Origin: an uncultured Armatimonadetes bacterium
GTDB lineage: Bacteria; Armatimonadota; Hebobacteria; Hebobacterales; Hebobacteraceae
DNA length: 64,000 nt
Direction: 5' to 3'
NCBI GenBank assembly: GCA_963716175.1
Contig: OY970296.1
Coordinates: forward strand, 512,001-576,000
Positions 10,453 to 20,064 of the stretch are shown here, piece by piece; positions within the stretch are counted from its first letter, which is position 1; every line of letters starts with the position of its first letter. The translations under genes were made by a program, and so were the position numbers. The notes beneath the pieces were generated by a model. It saw only the letters and a program-made list of their open reading frames with translations. It searched no databases and had not been told where the DNA came from.

Positions 10453-11433
10453 ATGGATGGCGGAGGCTCTGGCTTGACTCAGGGGTGGCCTGCCCTACTG
10501 GTGGCCTATGGAGTGGCGGCGATTGCGAGCTGCGGGCTCACCCCGCTGGCGCGCCGTGTCGCCATGCGCAGCGGGGCGATCGACCGGCCCAACGCGCGGA
10601 AAATGCACGACAGGCCGCTTCCCACATCGGGGGGGGTGGCCATCGTGGCCGGGTTCCTGGTCGCCGCAGGACTAGTCGGGGACGGTCACCAGATGCGGGG
10701 CCAGGCCTTTGCCGCGATCGTGGTGGGGGCTCTGCTAGTGTCGCTGGTGGGGTTGGTGGACGATCGCAAGGACCTGCCGGCCAAGCTGAAGCTGGCACTG
10801 CAGGTGGTGGCGACAGTCCCGCTGCTGGCGGCGGGGGTGACCATCAGCGTGGTGTCCAACCCGTTTCACCCCGGGATGGTCTCGCTCCCGCACTGGTTTG
10901 CCGCGATCGTGACTGTGCTGTGGGTGGTGGGGGTGACGAATGCGATCAACCTGATAGACGGCCTGGACGGGCTGGCGGCGGGGGTGTCTGCCATCTCCTG
11001 CGTGGCCCTCGCCTTCATCGCGCTGGCCTGGGGGCAGGTGGCGGTGGCGGTGCTGTGCGCCGCGCTGGCCGGGGCGGCGGTAGGATTCCTGCCCTGGAAC
11101 TGGCACCCCGCGGGGGTTCTCATGGGAGACTGCGGGGCCTATTTCCTGGGGTATATGATCGCCTCGGTGACAGTGATGGGGGCGTTCAAGATGGCGGCCG
11201 CGATTGCCATCTTCGTGCCCATTTTGGTGCTGGCCGTTCCCCTGCTGGACACTGTGCTCTCCCCGGTACGTCGTTTTCTCAGCGGTCGCCCGGCCTTCGC
11301 CGCTGACCGAGACCATCTTCACCATCGTCTCATTGCCCTGGGTCTCGCGGAGACGCGAGTCGTGGCGCTCACTTACGCGGTGACCGCCGTCTGCGGCGCC
11401 ATCGCCATCTGGATTTCGCGCGCGCCGCGTTAG
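10453..11433 (+). CDS. Undecaprenyl-phosphate GlcNAc-1-phosphate transferase (TagO/WecA, MraY-like); start uncertain
   Basis: GLVDDR, NAINLIDGLDGL, MGDCG and DRDHLHHRL motifs; many TM helices. Confidence 0.85.
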   Translation: MDGGGSGLTQGWPALLVAYGVAAIASCGLTPLARRVAMRSGAIDRPNARKMHDRPLPTSGGVAIVAGFLVAAGLVGDGHQMRGQAFAAIVVGALLVSLVGLVDDRKDLPAKLKLALQVVATVPLLAAGVTISVVSNPFHPGMVSLPHWFAAIVTVLWVVGVTNAINLIDGLDGLAAGVSAISCVALAFIALAWGQVAVAVLCAALAGAAVGFLPWNWHPAGVLMGDCGAYFLGYMIASVTVMGAFKMAAAIAIFVPILVLAVPLLDTVLSPVRRFLSGRPAFAADRDHLHHRLIALGLAETRVVALTYAVTAVCGAIAIWISRAPR

Positions 11434-11440
11434 CTCACTC

Positions 11441-12661
11441 TTGACCCGCCACAACATGAAGCGGATCCACACCATAGAGCGGCGGGCAACCGCCGCCCGC
11501 GTTATGATCGTGATGGGCACCCGCCCGGAGGTGACCAAGCTGGGCCCGGTGGCGCGCGAGCTCAACCGCTACCCGCGGCAGTTCCAGGTGACCCTGGTGG
11601 GCACGGGACAGCACCGGGACCTGGTTCCCCAGCACCTGGGCTTGTTCGGGCTGCGCCTGGACCACGATCTCAAGGTGATGAAGGCAGGCCAGTCGTTGGC
11701 CGACATCGCCGCTCGTACTCTCCAGCGCATGGACCATCTGCTGGGCGTGGCAGATCCTGACGTGGTGATGGTGGAGGGCGACACCAGCGCGGTGTTCGCC
11801 GCCGGATTGGCCGCCTTCTACCACCGGATTCCCGTCGCCCACGTGGAGGCCGGGCTGCGCTCGGGCGATCCCTACAACCCATTCCCCGAGGAGATGGACC
11901 GGCGGTTGGTCGGAGCCCTGGCCAGCATTCACCTCGCGCCTACCGCGCAGGCGCGAGCGAACCTGCTGAGAGAAAACGTTCCCCCCGACCGCATCTACGT
12001 TACTGGGAACACCGCTATAGATGGGCTGCTGTTCGCTGCCCGCCGCGCGGGTGCGCGTCTCCCGGTGCCCGGCGAGTGGCTGCGCCAGCGCCGACTGATC
12101 CTGGTGACAGCCCACCGCCGGGAGAGCTGGGAGCGCGGGATCCGGGAGATCTGCCTGGCCCTGGGCAACCTGGCCGAGGGATTCCCCGGGGTCGTGATCA
12201 TCTATGCCGTTCACCCCAACCCCCGGGTGCGCGATGTGGCGCGCGAGGTACTGGCGGGGAGAGAGCGTATCTACCTGATTGACCCGCCGGACTACGCCGG
12301 TTTCGTGGCGCTGATGAAGCGCGCCTATCTCATCCTCACTGATTCCGGCGGCATTCAGGAGGAGGCGCCCTCGCTGGGCAAACCAGTGCTCGTGATGCGT
12401 GAGACCACTGAGCGCATTGAGGGCATCAAGGCTGGCTGGGCCGAGCTGGTAGGAACGAGCCGCGAGAACATCGCGGCCCGCGCCTCTTACCTGCTCACCC
12501 ACCCCGGGCGCTATGCCGCCATGGCCCGGCCTGGCAATCCCTACGGAGATGGCCGCGCCTCCGCTCGCATCCGGCGCGTCCTGGCCTACCACTTCGGCCG
12601 GAGCCGGAGCCGCCCGCCTGACTTCGTCAGCCCCCGGCCACGCGCCGCGAGCGCCCACTGA
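11441..12661 (+). CDS. wecB: UDP-N-acetylglucosamine 2-epimerase (non-hydrolysing)
   Basis: GTRPE, TGQH, GDT, HVEAGLRS, PFPEE, TDSGGIQEEA, NPYGDG. Confidence 0.92.
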   Translation: MTRHNMKRIHTIERRATAARVMIVMGTRPEVTKLGPVARELNRYPRQFQVTLVGTGQHRDLVPQHLGLFGLRLDHDLKVMKAGQSLADIAARTLQRMDHLLGVADPDVVMVEGDTSAVFAAGLAAFYHRIPVAHVEAGLRSGDPYNPFPEEMDRRLVGALASIHLAPTAQARANLLRENVPPDRIYVTGNTAIDGLLFAARRAGARLPVPGEWLRQRRLILVTAHRRESWERGIREICLALGNLAEGFPGVVIIYAVHPNPRVRDVAREVLAGRERIYLIDPPDYAGFVALMKRAYLILTDSGGIQEEAPSLGKPVLVMRETTERIEGIKAGWAELVGTSRENIAARASYLLTHPGRYAAMARPGNPYGDGRASARIRRVLAYHFGRSRSRPPDFVSPRPRAASAH

Positions 12662-12662
12662 G

Positions 12663-13760
12663 ATGGAGAGGAACCAGGAGCCAACCGGCGACCTCGCCTC
12701 GCAGCCTCCGCAGCGGTGGGTGCGCATCTGCGGGGCCATTCTGCTGGTGCTGGTGGCGGGGGTGGTGATCTGGCGGGTGCGAGCGGTCGTCGTCACCGTT
12801 CTGCTGGCCGTGGTCGCGGCCTACGTGCTGCGGCCTGCGGTGGACCGATTCTGCGCCTTCGGCCTGCGCATTGGAAAGCGGCACTATCGCCTGACCAGGG
12901 GGCTGGCCACTCTGCTCACGTTCGTCCTGCTGGCCCTTCTGATCTGGGGATTCTGGGCGTTCAGCTCTGTCTCCCTGGAGCGGGAGATTGCGAACCTGCA
13001 GCGTCATTGGCCCGACTATCAGCAAGCGATCATCCGGTTTGGCGCTAACCTGGATCGCTACTACCGGGAACGGCTGCCTGACGCCCTCCGGCCCAGCGTG
13101 GACTCCTGGGTGAGGGGAACCGGCGACCTGCTCACCCGCGCCGCCACCCGGGGCCTGGGCCTCACCTACCACGGGGTCGGCCTTCTGATCGAGCTGCTGC
13201 TGGTGCCGATCCTGGCTTTCTACTTCCTCGCCGATGGGCCCAACATCCGGCAGCAAGCCCTGTTCTTCGTCCCGCGCCGCTTCCTGTCTCGCACTGAGCA
13301 AGTCCTGGGCCAGGCCCATGATAGCTTCGCTCGCTACATCAAGGGGCAGGTCATCCTGTGCGTGATCGCCTTCGCGGTGGTGACGGCGGGCCTGTGGGCC
13401 ATCCATGTGGACTTCTACCTGCTGCTCGGCGTGGCAGCCGGGCTGACCCGGGCCGTGCCCATCATTGGGCCGGTGGTGGGGGCCATTCCCATCTTGATCG
13501 TGGTGCTGATCACGAAATCCATGGCCCTCACTCTCTGGGTGTTGGCAGCCTTCAGCGTGATGCACGTGCTCGAGAGCAAGCTGCTGATGCCGGCCATCCT
13601 GGGCCAACAACTGGACCTGCACCCGGTGCTGATCATCGTGGCCCTGCTCATCGGGGCCCAGATGGGGGGTCTGTTAGGGGTCTTCCTCGCCGCGCCGGTG
13701 CTGGCCGCGGTCAAGAGCCTGATCGCGGAGCAGCGGCGCAGCCCGGCCACCACCGGCTAG
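12663..13760 (+). CDS. AI-2E family transporter
   Basis: FYFLADG, YIKGQ, PIIGP and LHPVLIIVALLIG motifs. Confidence 0.85.
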   Translation: MERNQEPTGDLASQPPQRWVRICGAILLVLVAGVVIWRVRAVVVTVLLAVVAAYVLRPAVDRFCAFGLRIGKRHYRLTRGLATLLTFVLLALLIWGFWAFSSVSLEREIANLQRHWPDYQQAIIRFGANLDRYYRERLPDALRPSVDSWVRGTGDLLTRAATRGLGLTYHGVGLLIELLLVPILAFYFLADGPNIRQQALFFVPRRFLSRTEQVLGQAHDSFARYIKGQVILCVIAFAVVTAGLWAIHVDFYLLLGVAAGLTRAVPIIGPVVGAIPILIVVLITKSMALTLWVLAAFSVMHVLESKLLMPAILGQQLDLHPVLIIVALLIGAQMGGLLGVFLAAPVLAAVKSLIAEQRRSPATTG

Positions 13761-13781
13761 GAGCAGTTCACGGGGCGCCAG

Positions 13782-13810
13782 TTGCGCTTGCCCTCGCAGG
13801 CTGCTATACT
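13782..13810 (+). promoter_or_regulatory. Sigma70-type promoter with extended -10
   Basis: TTGCGC-17 bp-TATACT, preceded by TG. Confidence 0.45.
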
Positions 13811-13921
13811 GTGCCGTGCAGATCCCGCCCGGCCCTTGGGCGGGCTGTTAGTGTGTGTGAGCCCGAGAGCGGGTCCCAGATCCGCGGGCTCGGGCCGGAA
13901 GCTGGTTAGGGAGCGGCGGAG

Positions 13922-14404
13922 GTGCGGGTAGTCATCCTCGGTTGTGGGCGTGTGGGCTCGACTCTGGCGGCTATGCTGACCCAGGAGGGCCATCACGTTT
14001 CGGTGATTGACCGGGATCAGAGCGCCTTCGACAAGGCGGTGCAGCGCCTGGGGGCAGGTTTCACCCGAGAGACGGTGCGTGGTGTCGGCATAGACGAGGA
14101 CGCCCTGCGGCAGGCCGGCATCGAAGAAGCCGAGGTCTTCGTCAGCGTCACCAGCGGAGACAACACCAATATCGTCGCGGCCCAGATCGCGAAGCATCGG
14201 TTTCGGGTCCCCAGGGTGCTGGCCCGGGTGTATGATCCCATTCGCGCCCAGGCCTATCACGAGGCCGGGATCGAGACGGTGTGTACCACCACCATCGGAG
14301 CCGGCCTGTTCCACGACCTGCTGCTGGGCCGACCCCTGCGGAAGCTCCAGGAGTACATTGATGCGGTTGCCGCCCTGGTGAACCGGCAGGAGGAGGCCAG
14401 CTAG
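13922..14404 (+). CDS. TrkA/KtrA-like protein (RCK_N only)
   Basis: VILGCGRVG Rossmann motif, TSGDNTN, ARVYDP. Confidence 0.85.
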   Translation: MRVVILGCGRVGSTLAAMLTQEGHHVSVIDRDQSAFDKAVQRLGAGFTRETVRGVGIDEDALRQAGIEEAEVFVSVTSGDNTNIVAAQIAKHRFRVPRVLARVYDPIRAQAYHEAGIETVCTTTIGAGLFHDLLLGRPLRKLQEYIDAVAALVNRQEEAS

Positions 14405-14474
14405 CGGCTGGTCGGGTGGCGGGCGGAGGTGTGCTGCCCCCGCCGGGAGACAGGTCTGCCGTGGAGTAGGCACG

Positions 14475-15161
14475 ATGTATGTAATCGTCGTTGGCGCAGG
14501 GAAGGTAGGCTATCACCTCACCCACACCTTGCTGGGCGAGGGTCACGAGGTGGCGCTGATCGAGAAGGACTCCGCTCACGCCGCCGACCTGGCGGCCGAT
14601 TTCGGCGAGGCGATCGTGACCGGCGATGGCTGCGAAGTGCGCGTGATGCAGGACGTGGGCATGGGTCGGGCCGACGTGGTGGTGGCGGTCACGGGCCACG
14701 ATGAAGACAACCTGGTGATCTGTCAGATGGCGCAGCGCCAGTTCCACGTTCCTCGCCAGATCGCCCGCGTGAATAACCCAAAGAACGAGCCCATCTTCCA
14801 CCTGCTGGGGGTGACCGAGACCGTCGCCAGCACCCGCATCATCTACAGCCTGATTGACCAGGAAGTCAGCAGCGGCGAGTCGCTGCTCTCGACTGCCATC
14901 AAGCGCGGCAAGATCGTGCTGGTGGCCGTAGACCTGGCGGCGGATTCACCGGGCGCCAAACGCATGGTCAAGGACATCCACCTGGTGGGCGAATGCGTGC
15001 TCGCGGCCATCATCCGCGAGGAGCATATCCTGCTCCCCAGCGGCACCACCATGCTCGAGCCCGGAGACACCGTGGTCGCGGTCTCTACCCCTCAGGATCA
15101 AGAGGTGCTGCGAGAGGCCCTGCTGGGATCGGCCCCGCAGCCCGCGCGCTCGCAGCCATGA
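14475..15161 (+). CDS. trkA: TrkA-family protein (RCK_N plus RCK_C)
   Basis: IVVGAGKVG, TGHDEDN, ARVNNPKN; C-terminal IIR...PSGTTMLEPGD. Confidence 0.85.
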   Translation: MYVIVVGAGKVGYHLTHTLLGEGHEVALIEKDSAHAADLAADFGEAIVTGDGCEVRVMQDVGMGRADVVVAVTGHDEDNLVICQMAQRQFHVPRQIARVNNPKNEPIFHLLGVTETVASTRIIYSLIDQEVSSGESLLSTAIKRGKIVLVAVDLAADSPGAKRMVKDIHLVGECVLAAIIREEHILLPSGTTMLEPGDTVVAVSTPQDQEVLREALLGSAPQPARSQP

Positions 15162-15230
15162 CGTTCCCCCGGGAGGGATGGAAATGGCGCGTTGCGGGTG
15201 GCCCGCGCGGCAGGACAGGAGGGAGGTAGC

Positions 15231-16268
15231 ATGAGGATCGGGGTGCTGACCGGAGGCGGGGACTGCCCGGGCCTGAATCCGGCGCTTCGCGCCATCGTCA
15301 TGCGCGCCCTGGATTACGGCGACGAGGTGGTGGGGCTCCGCCAGGGGTGGCTGGGATTGTTGGAGGCGGATGCCACGCCCCTTTCCGTGGAGGTGGTGGA
15401 CCCCATCATCAACCAGGGCGGCACCATCCTCGAGTCCTCTCGCACCAACCCCACGCGGGACGAAGAGCGCATCCGGCAGTGCCTGGCGAACGCCAAGGAG
15501 CTTCGCCTGGACGCCCTCGTCGCCCTGGGCGGGGAGGATACCCTGGGGGCGGCCCACAAGCTCTGTCAGCACGGCCTGTGCTGCGTGGGCGTGCCCAAGA
15601 CCATGGACAACGATCTCAATGCCACCGACTACACCTTCGGCTTCGACAGCGCGGTCGCAGTGGCGGTGGATGCCGCTGATCGCCTCAAGGATACCGCCCG
15701 CTCCCACCGCCGCGTGATGGTATTGGAGGTGATGGGCCGGCACGCGGGATGGGTGGCGCTCCACACCGGGGTATGCGCTGGCGCGGACTGGGTCCTGATC
15801 CCCGAGGTCCGCTTCGACCTGGAGGAGATGATCGCTCACCTCAAGCGGGTGATCGCGCGAGGCAAGCACTGGGGTCTGGTGGTCGCCTCCGAAGGGGTCA
15901 AGCTGCCCCGACCGGAGAGCGGCGCGGGGTCCGCCAGCAAACACGAGCGGGACGAGTTCCGGCACGATCTGCTCAGGGGGGTTGGAGAGTACCTGGCCGC
16001 TCAGATCAAGGACCATGCCGACATCGAGACCCGGGCCACGGTGTTGGGGCATATTGTCCGGGGCGGGGCGCCCACGCCCTTCGACCGCTGGCTCGCCACG
16101 CGGGTCGGGATCAAGGCCGTCGAGCTCGTGCACGAGGGGCGGTTCGACCATATGGCCGCGCTCCAGGGCAACCAGATCGTAGGCGTTCCACTGGAGGCGG
16201 CAGTGGGGGAGTTGAAGCTTGTGCCGGTCGAGCTTTACCGAGAGGTGAAGACCCTCTTCAGCCGATAG
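15231..16268 (+). CDS. pfkA: 6-phosphofructokinase, PPi-type signature
   Basis: LTGGGDCPGLN, GGEDT, PKTMDND, EVMGRHAGW, LGHIVRGG. Confidence 0.9.
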   Translation: MRIGVLTGGGDCPGLNPALRAIVMRALDYGDEVVGLRQGWLGLLEADATPLSVEVVDPIINQGGTILESSRTNPTRDEERIRQCLANAKELRLDALVALGGEDTLGAAHKLCQHGLCCVGVPKTMDNDLNATDYTFGFDSAVAVAVDAADRLKDTARSHRRVMVLEVMGRHAGWVALHTGVCAGADWVLIPEVRFDLEEMIAHLKRVIARGKHWGLVVASEGVKLPRPESGAGSASKHERDEFRHDLLRGVGEYLAAQIKDHADIETRATVLGHIVRGGAPTPFDRWLATRVGIKAVELVHEGRFDHMAALQGNQIVGVPLEAAVGELKLVPVELYREVKTLFSR

Positions 16269-16368
16269 GCCATCGGTTCGGGCGCGCCAGTGGGGGCGGC
16301 CGGAGACGGCGCGCAGGCCGGCCGCCTCAACGCGGGAGTCAGGCCACTAACTAGTGGGAGGGCTGCAC

Positions 16369-17418
16369 ATGCCGTTGGTCACATCCAAGGAGCTGTTGCG
16401 TTCGGCGCAAGCCGAGGGTTATGCCATTGGCGCCTTCAACGCCAACAACATGGAATGCGTGCGGGCCGTGATCGAGGCCGCGGAAGAGGAACGCGCCCCC
16501 GTGATCCTGCAGGTGAGCCAAGGCGCGATCAAGTATGCCGGCCTGCGGATGGCTACGGCGATGGTCAAGACTGCGGCTGAGGAAGCCAGCGTGCCGGTCG
16601 TGCTCCACCTCGACCATGGCACCAGTTTCCTGCAGAATGTGCAGTGCCTCCACGCCGGGTTCACTTCGCTGATGTACGATGGCTCGGCCGAGCCCCTGGA
16701 GAAGAACATCGCCACCTCGGCCCGCATCTGCGAGATTGCCCACTGCTGCGGCCTCCCGGTGGAAGCCGAGCTCGGCAAGATCCCGCTGATCGAGGATTTC
16801 GTGAGCGCGGAGGAGGCAAACGAATTGCGCCGCCGCCCGCCGGCCGAGCAAGTGGATGCGCTCCGGAAGAAGGCCGGCCCCAAGGTGGAGTCACTGATGG
16901 CCGACCCCCGACAGGCGAAGGCCTTCGCGGAGCAGACCGGAATTGACTCTCTCGCCGCGGCGGTGGGATCTATCCACGGGATGTGGGACGACATCTGGCC
17001 TCTGCGGCGGGACCGCATCGAGGCCCTGCGCCAGGCCACCGACCTGCCCCTGGTCTGCCATGGGAGCAGCGGGGTGATCCGCACCCGGGCCGATGCCAAG
17101 GCGAAGGGCATTGCACTGGGCCCCGATGAGTGCACCCTGGAGGAGGCGGTCAAGCTCGGCATCTGCAAGGTCAACGTGGCTACCGCGGTGAGCATGGCCT
17201 TCCTCGGCGGGGCCCGCCAGGCCTTCGACCAGAAGCCGATGGAGAAGGACCTGCGCAAGATCCTGTTGCCGGGGCTGCAGGCGGCCAAAGAGCTGGTGCG
17301 CAGCTACATCCGCCTCTTCGGCGCCTCCGGGCGGGCCGCAGGCAAGAAGCGCGGTGGAAGCCAGCTCCGTGCAGCACGCCGAATAGCAGTCTCACCCCAT
17401 CCCATCCGTTGGAGGTAA
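16369..17418 (+). CDS. fba: Class II fructose-bisphosphate aldolase
   Basis: YAIGAFN, LHLDHG, SLMYDGS, VEAELG, GSIHG, HGSSG, KVNVAT. Confidence 0.88.
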   Translation: MPLVTSKELLRSAQAEGYAIGAFNANNMECVRAVIEAAEEERAPVILQVSQGAIKYAGLRMATAMVKTAAEEASVPVVLHLDHGTSFLQNVQCLHAGFTSLMYDGSAEPLEKNIATSARICEIAHCCGLPVEAELGKIPLIEDFVSAEEANELRRRPPAEQVDALRKKAGPKVESLMADPRQAKAFAEQTGIDSLAAAVGSIHGMWDDIWPLRRDRIEALRQATDLPLVCHGSSGVIRTRADAKAKGIALGPDECTLEEAVKLGICKVNVATAVSMAFLGGARQAFDQKPMEKDLRKILLPGLQAAKELVRSYIRLFGASGRAAGKKRGGSQLRAARRIAVSPHPIRWR

Positions 17419-17423
17419 GGAGA

Positions 17424-19742
17424 TTGAAGCAGAGACTGATCTGGTTGTGGCTGGTGGGGCTCGTCGCGGTGCCCAGCTTCGCCTTCGCCGCTGAGTCGGG
17501 GGTGCAGCTTCCGCCGTTCTCTCAGAGCGACTGGCTGCTGATCTACGTGGTGTTAGCCTCGGCCTTCGTCGCCCTGTTGTACGGCGGCTACCTGGCCCGC
17601 AAGACCACGCGCCACAACCCTGGCTCCGAGGCGATGCAGGAGGTGAGCGCGGCCATCCAGCAGGGGGCCATGGCCTACCTCGGGCAGCAGTTCCGCCTGA
17701 TGATCTGGTTTATCGCGATCATCGCCATCGCCCTCTTCCTGCTCTACCGCAACGTGCTGGGCGCCACCCTGGCCGGCGGCATCTCCCTGGCCTTCCTGAT
17801 GGGGGTATTCGCCTCCTATGGCGCGGGCTATGTGGGCATGGGCCTGGCCGTCCGGGGCAATGCCCGGGTGGCCCACGCTGCTCTCTCCAGCTTCAAGCGC
17901 GCGCTCGAGATCGCCTTCCAGGCCGGCACGGTCTCGGGCATGTTCACCACCGGGCTGGGCCTGCTGGGCGCCACCCTCATCTTCATCATGTTCAAGGAGA
18001 ACGCGATGAAGGTGTTGATCGGGTTCGGCTTCGGGGGATGTCTCGCCGCGCTCTTCATGCGAATCGGCGGCGGCATCTATACCAAGGCCGCCGACGTGGG
18101 GGCCGACCTGGTGGGCAAAGTGGAGGCGGGCATCCCGGAGGACGATCCCCGCAACGCCGCCACCATCGCCGATAACGTCGGGGATAACGTGGGCGACTGC
18201 GCCGGCATGGCCGCCGATGTCTTCGAATCCTACGAGGTGACCCTGGTGGCGGCCATCATCCTGGGGGTCGCCGCCGCCCTCACCCCCGTGGGCCAGGTCT
18301 TCGGCGTCAAGCTCGTCGTCTACCCCTTGCTGGTGCGCGCTATCGGCGTCTACGCCTCCATCATCGGCACCTGGTTTGTGCGGGGCCGGGATGATGAGGC
18401 GATGGACCCCATGCAGCCCATCAACGTGGGCTTCTGGACCTCCGCTCTCCTCGCCTCCGTCGGCTTCGGTGTGGTCTCCATGATCTATCTGAAGGATGTG
18501 CGCTTCTTCATCGCCACTTTCATGGGGATCATCCTGGTGCTGATCATCGGACGGCTGACGGAGTACTTCACCTCCACCGAGAAGAGACCGGTGACCGAGA
18601 TCGCCTATGCCACCCGCACCGGCACCGCCACCATGCTGCTCACCGGCCTGGCGGAGGGGCTGGAGTCCAGCGTATGGGCGATCATCGCCATCGCGGTCAC
18701 CATGTTCGGGTCCTTCCTCATCTTCCGGGAGCCGATCATGGCCTTCTACGGGATCTCGCTCGCCGGCCTCGGCCTGCTCACCACTACCGCCTTCATCCTC
18801 GCCATGGACACCTTCGGGCCCATCACCGACAACGCCAACGGGGTGTTCGAGATGTCCGGCGCGCTGAAGCAGCCGGGGACTGAAGGCGCCCATCGCATCG
18901 TGGCTCGCCTGGACGCGGTGGGCAACACCACCAAGGCCCTCACCAAGGGCTTTGCCATCGCCACCGCGGTGATCGCCGCCACCTCTTTGTTCGGCTCCTT
19001 CGTGGAGGACGCGGGACTGACCAGACTCGGCATCCCGGTCAACTACCCCGTGGTGTTCATCGGGCTGCTGATCGGGGGCGCGGTTCCGTTCCTGTTCTCA
19101 TCCTTTGCCATCCGGGCGGTGAGCCGCGCGGCCGCGCTGCTGGTGGAGGAGGTGCGGCGGCAGTTCCGCGAGATCCCGGGCATTATGGAGGGGACGGCCA
19201 AGCCGGATTACGGTCGCTGTGTCAGCATCAGTACGGCGGCCGCCCAGAAGGAGCTGATCGGGCCCGGCATTCTCGCCATCTTCACCCCGCTGCTGGTGGG
19301 GTTCGGCCTGGGCTACTCGGACCCGAAGGTCGGGGCCGCCGCGCTCGGCGGCTATCTTGCGGGTGCCATCCTCACCGGGCAGCTCATGGCCGTGTTCATG
19401 GCCAACACCGGCGCTGCCTGGGACAATGCCAAGAAGAAGATTGAGGATGGCCTGTTCGGCGGGAAGGGCACGGAGTTCCACAAGTCGGCGGTGACTGGCG
19501 ACACGGTCGGCGATCCCCTGAAGGACACGGCTGGCCCCGCGCTGAACCCGCTGATCAAGGTCATGAACCTGGTGGCCATCCTGGCGGTGCCGGTCACGGT
19601 GAGCGCCATCTCTGCCGGGGTGCGCGCTGCCATCGTGCTGGTCTGCCTCGCTCTGCTCATCGGCGCTGTGACCTTCAGCAAGCGCAAGGGCGCCTACCAG
19701 CTGGCAGCCGCGCCGACGAGTGAGGCCGCGAAGAGCATTTGA
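17424..19742 (+). CDS. hppA: Membrane H+-translocating pyrophosphatase, K+-independent signature
   Basis: TTG start with AAGGAG; DVGADLVGKVE, DNVGDNVGD, GNTTKA, GDTVGDPLKDTAGP. Confidence 0.95.
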   Translation: MKQRLIWLWLVGLVAVPSFAFAAESGVQLPPFSQSDWLLIYVVLASAFVALLYGGYLARKTTRHNPGSEAMQEVSAAIQQGAMAYLGQQFRLMIWFIAIIAIALFLLYRNVLGATLAGGISLAFLMGVFASYGAGYVGMGLAVRGNARVAHAALSSFKRALEIAFQAGTVSGMFTTGLGLLGATLIFIMFKENAMKVLIGFGFGGCLAALFMRIGGGIYTKAADVGADLVGKVEAGIPEDDPRNAATIADNVGDNVGDCAGMAADVFESYEVTLVAAIILGVAAALTPVGQVFGVKLVVYPLLVRAIGVYASIIGTWFVRGRDDEAMDPMQPINVGFWTSALLASVGFGVVSMIYLKDVRFFIATFMGIILVLIIGRLTEYFTSTEKRPVTEIAYATRTGTATMLLTGLAEGLESSVWAIIAIAVTMFGSFLIFREPIMAFYGISLAGLGLLTTTAFILAMDTFGPITDNANGVFEMSGALKQPGTEGAHRIVARLDAVGNTTKALTKGFAIATAVIAATSLFGSFVEDAGLTRLGIPVNYPVVFIGLLIGGAVPFLFSSFAIRAVSRAAALLVEEVRRQFREIPGIMEGTAKPDYGRCVSISTAAAQKELIGPGILAIFTPLLVGFGLGYSDPKVGAAALGGYLAGAILTGQLMAVFMANTGAAWDNAKKKIEDGLFGGKGTEFHKSAVTGDTVGDPLKDTAGPALNPLIKVMNLVAILAVPVTVSAISAGVRAAIVLVCLALLIGAVTFSKRKGAYQLAAAPTSEAAKSI

Positions 19743-19776
19743 CCGGGCCGGCCCGCTGGGGGAAGGAGCGGTTGCG

Positions 19777-20040
19777 ATGTCGCGCAGCGGGAAGCAGGGG
19801 GTGCAGGCCTTCGTCCTGCTGGAGGCGAAGCCCGGCAAGGCACTCGCCGTCAGCCGCCAGCTCGCGAAGATCAGGGGGGTCAGCGCCAGCTATGCCGTCA
19901 CCGGGCCTTTCGATGTCATCGTCCGCGTCGAGGCCCCCGACTTCAAAACCATCGCTCAGCTGGTGGTGGCAAAGGTCCAGGCCCTCGCCAATGTGGGGCG
20001 CACTGTCACCTGTATCGTGGTCGAGGGCAGCGAAGCCTAG
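19777..20040 (+). CDS. Lrp/AsnC ligand-binding domain protein
   Basis: AFVLL...VTGPFDVIVRVEA...TVTCIV, stand-alone RAM domain. Confidence 0.8.
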   Translation: MSRSGKQGVQAFVLLEAKPGKALAVSRQLAKIRGVSASYAVTGPFDVIVRVEAPDFKTIAQLVVAKVQALANVGRTVTCIVVEGSEA

Positions 20041-20064
20041 CGCTGGTCAGCGCCCGAGCGGGGC

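Noticed and set aside
13817-13921. c-di-AMP riboswitch before trkA
   Set aside because: The conserved ydaO-type motifs are not recognisable.
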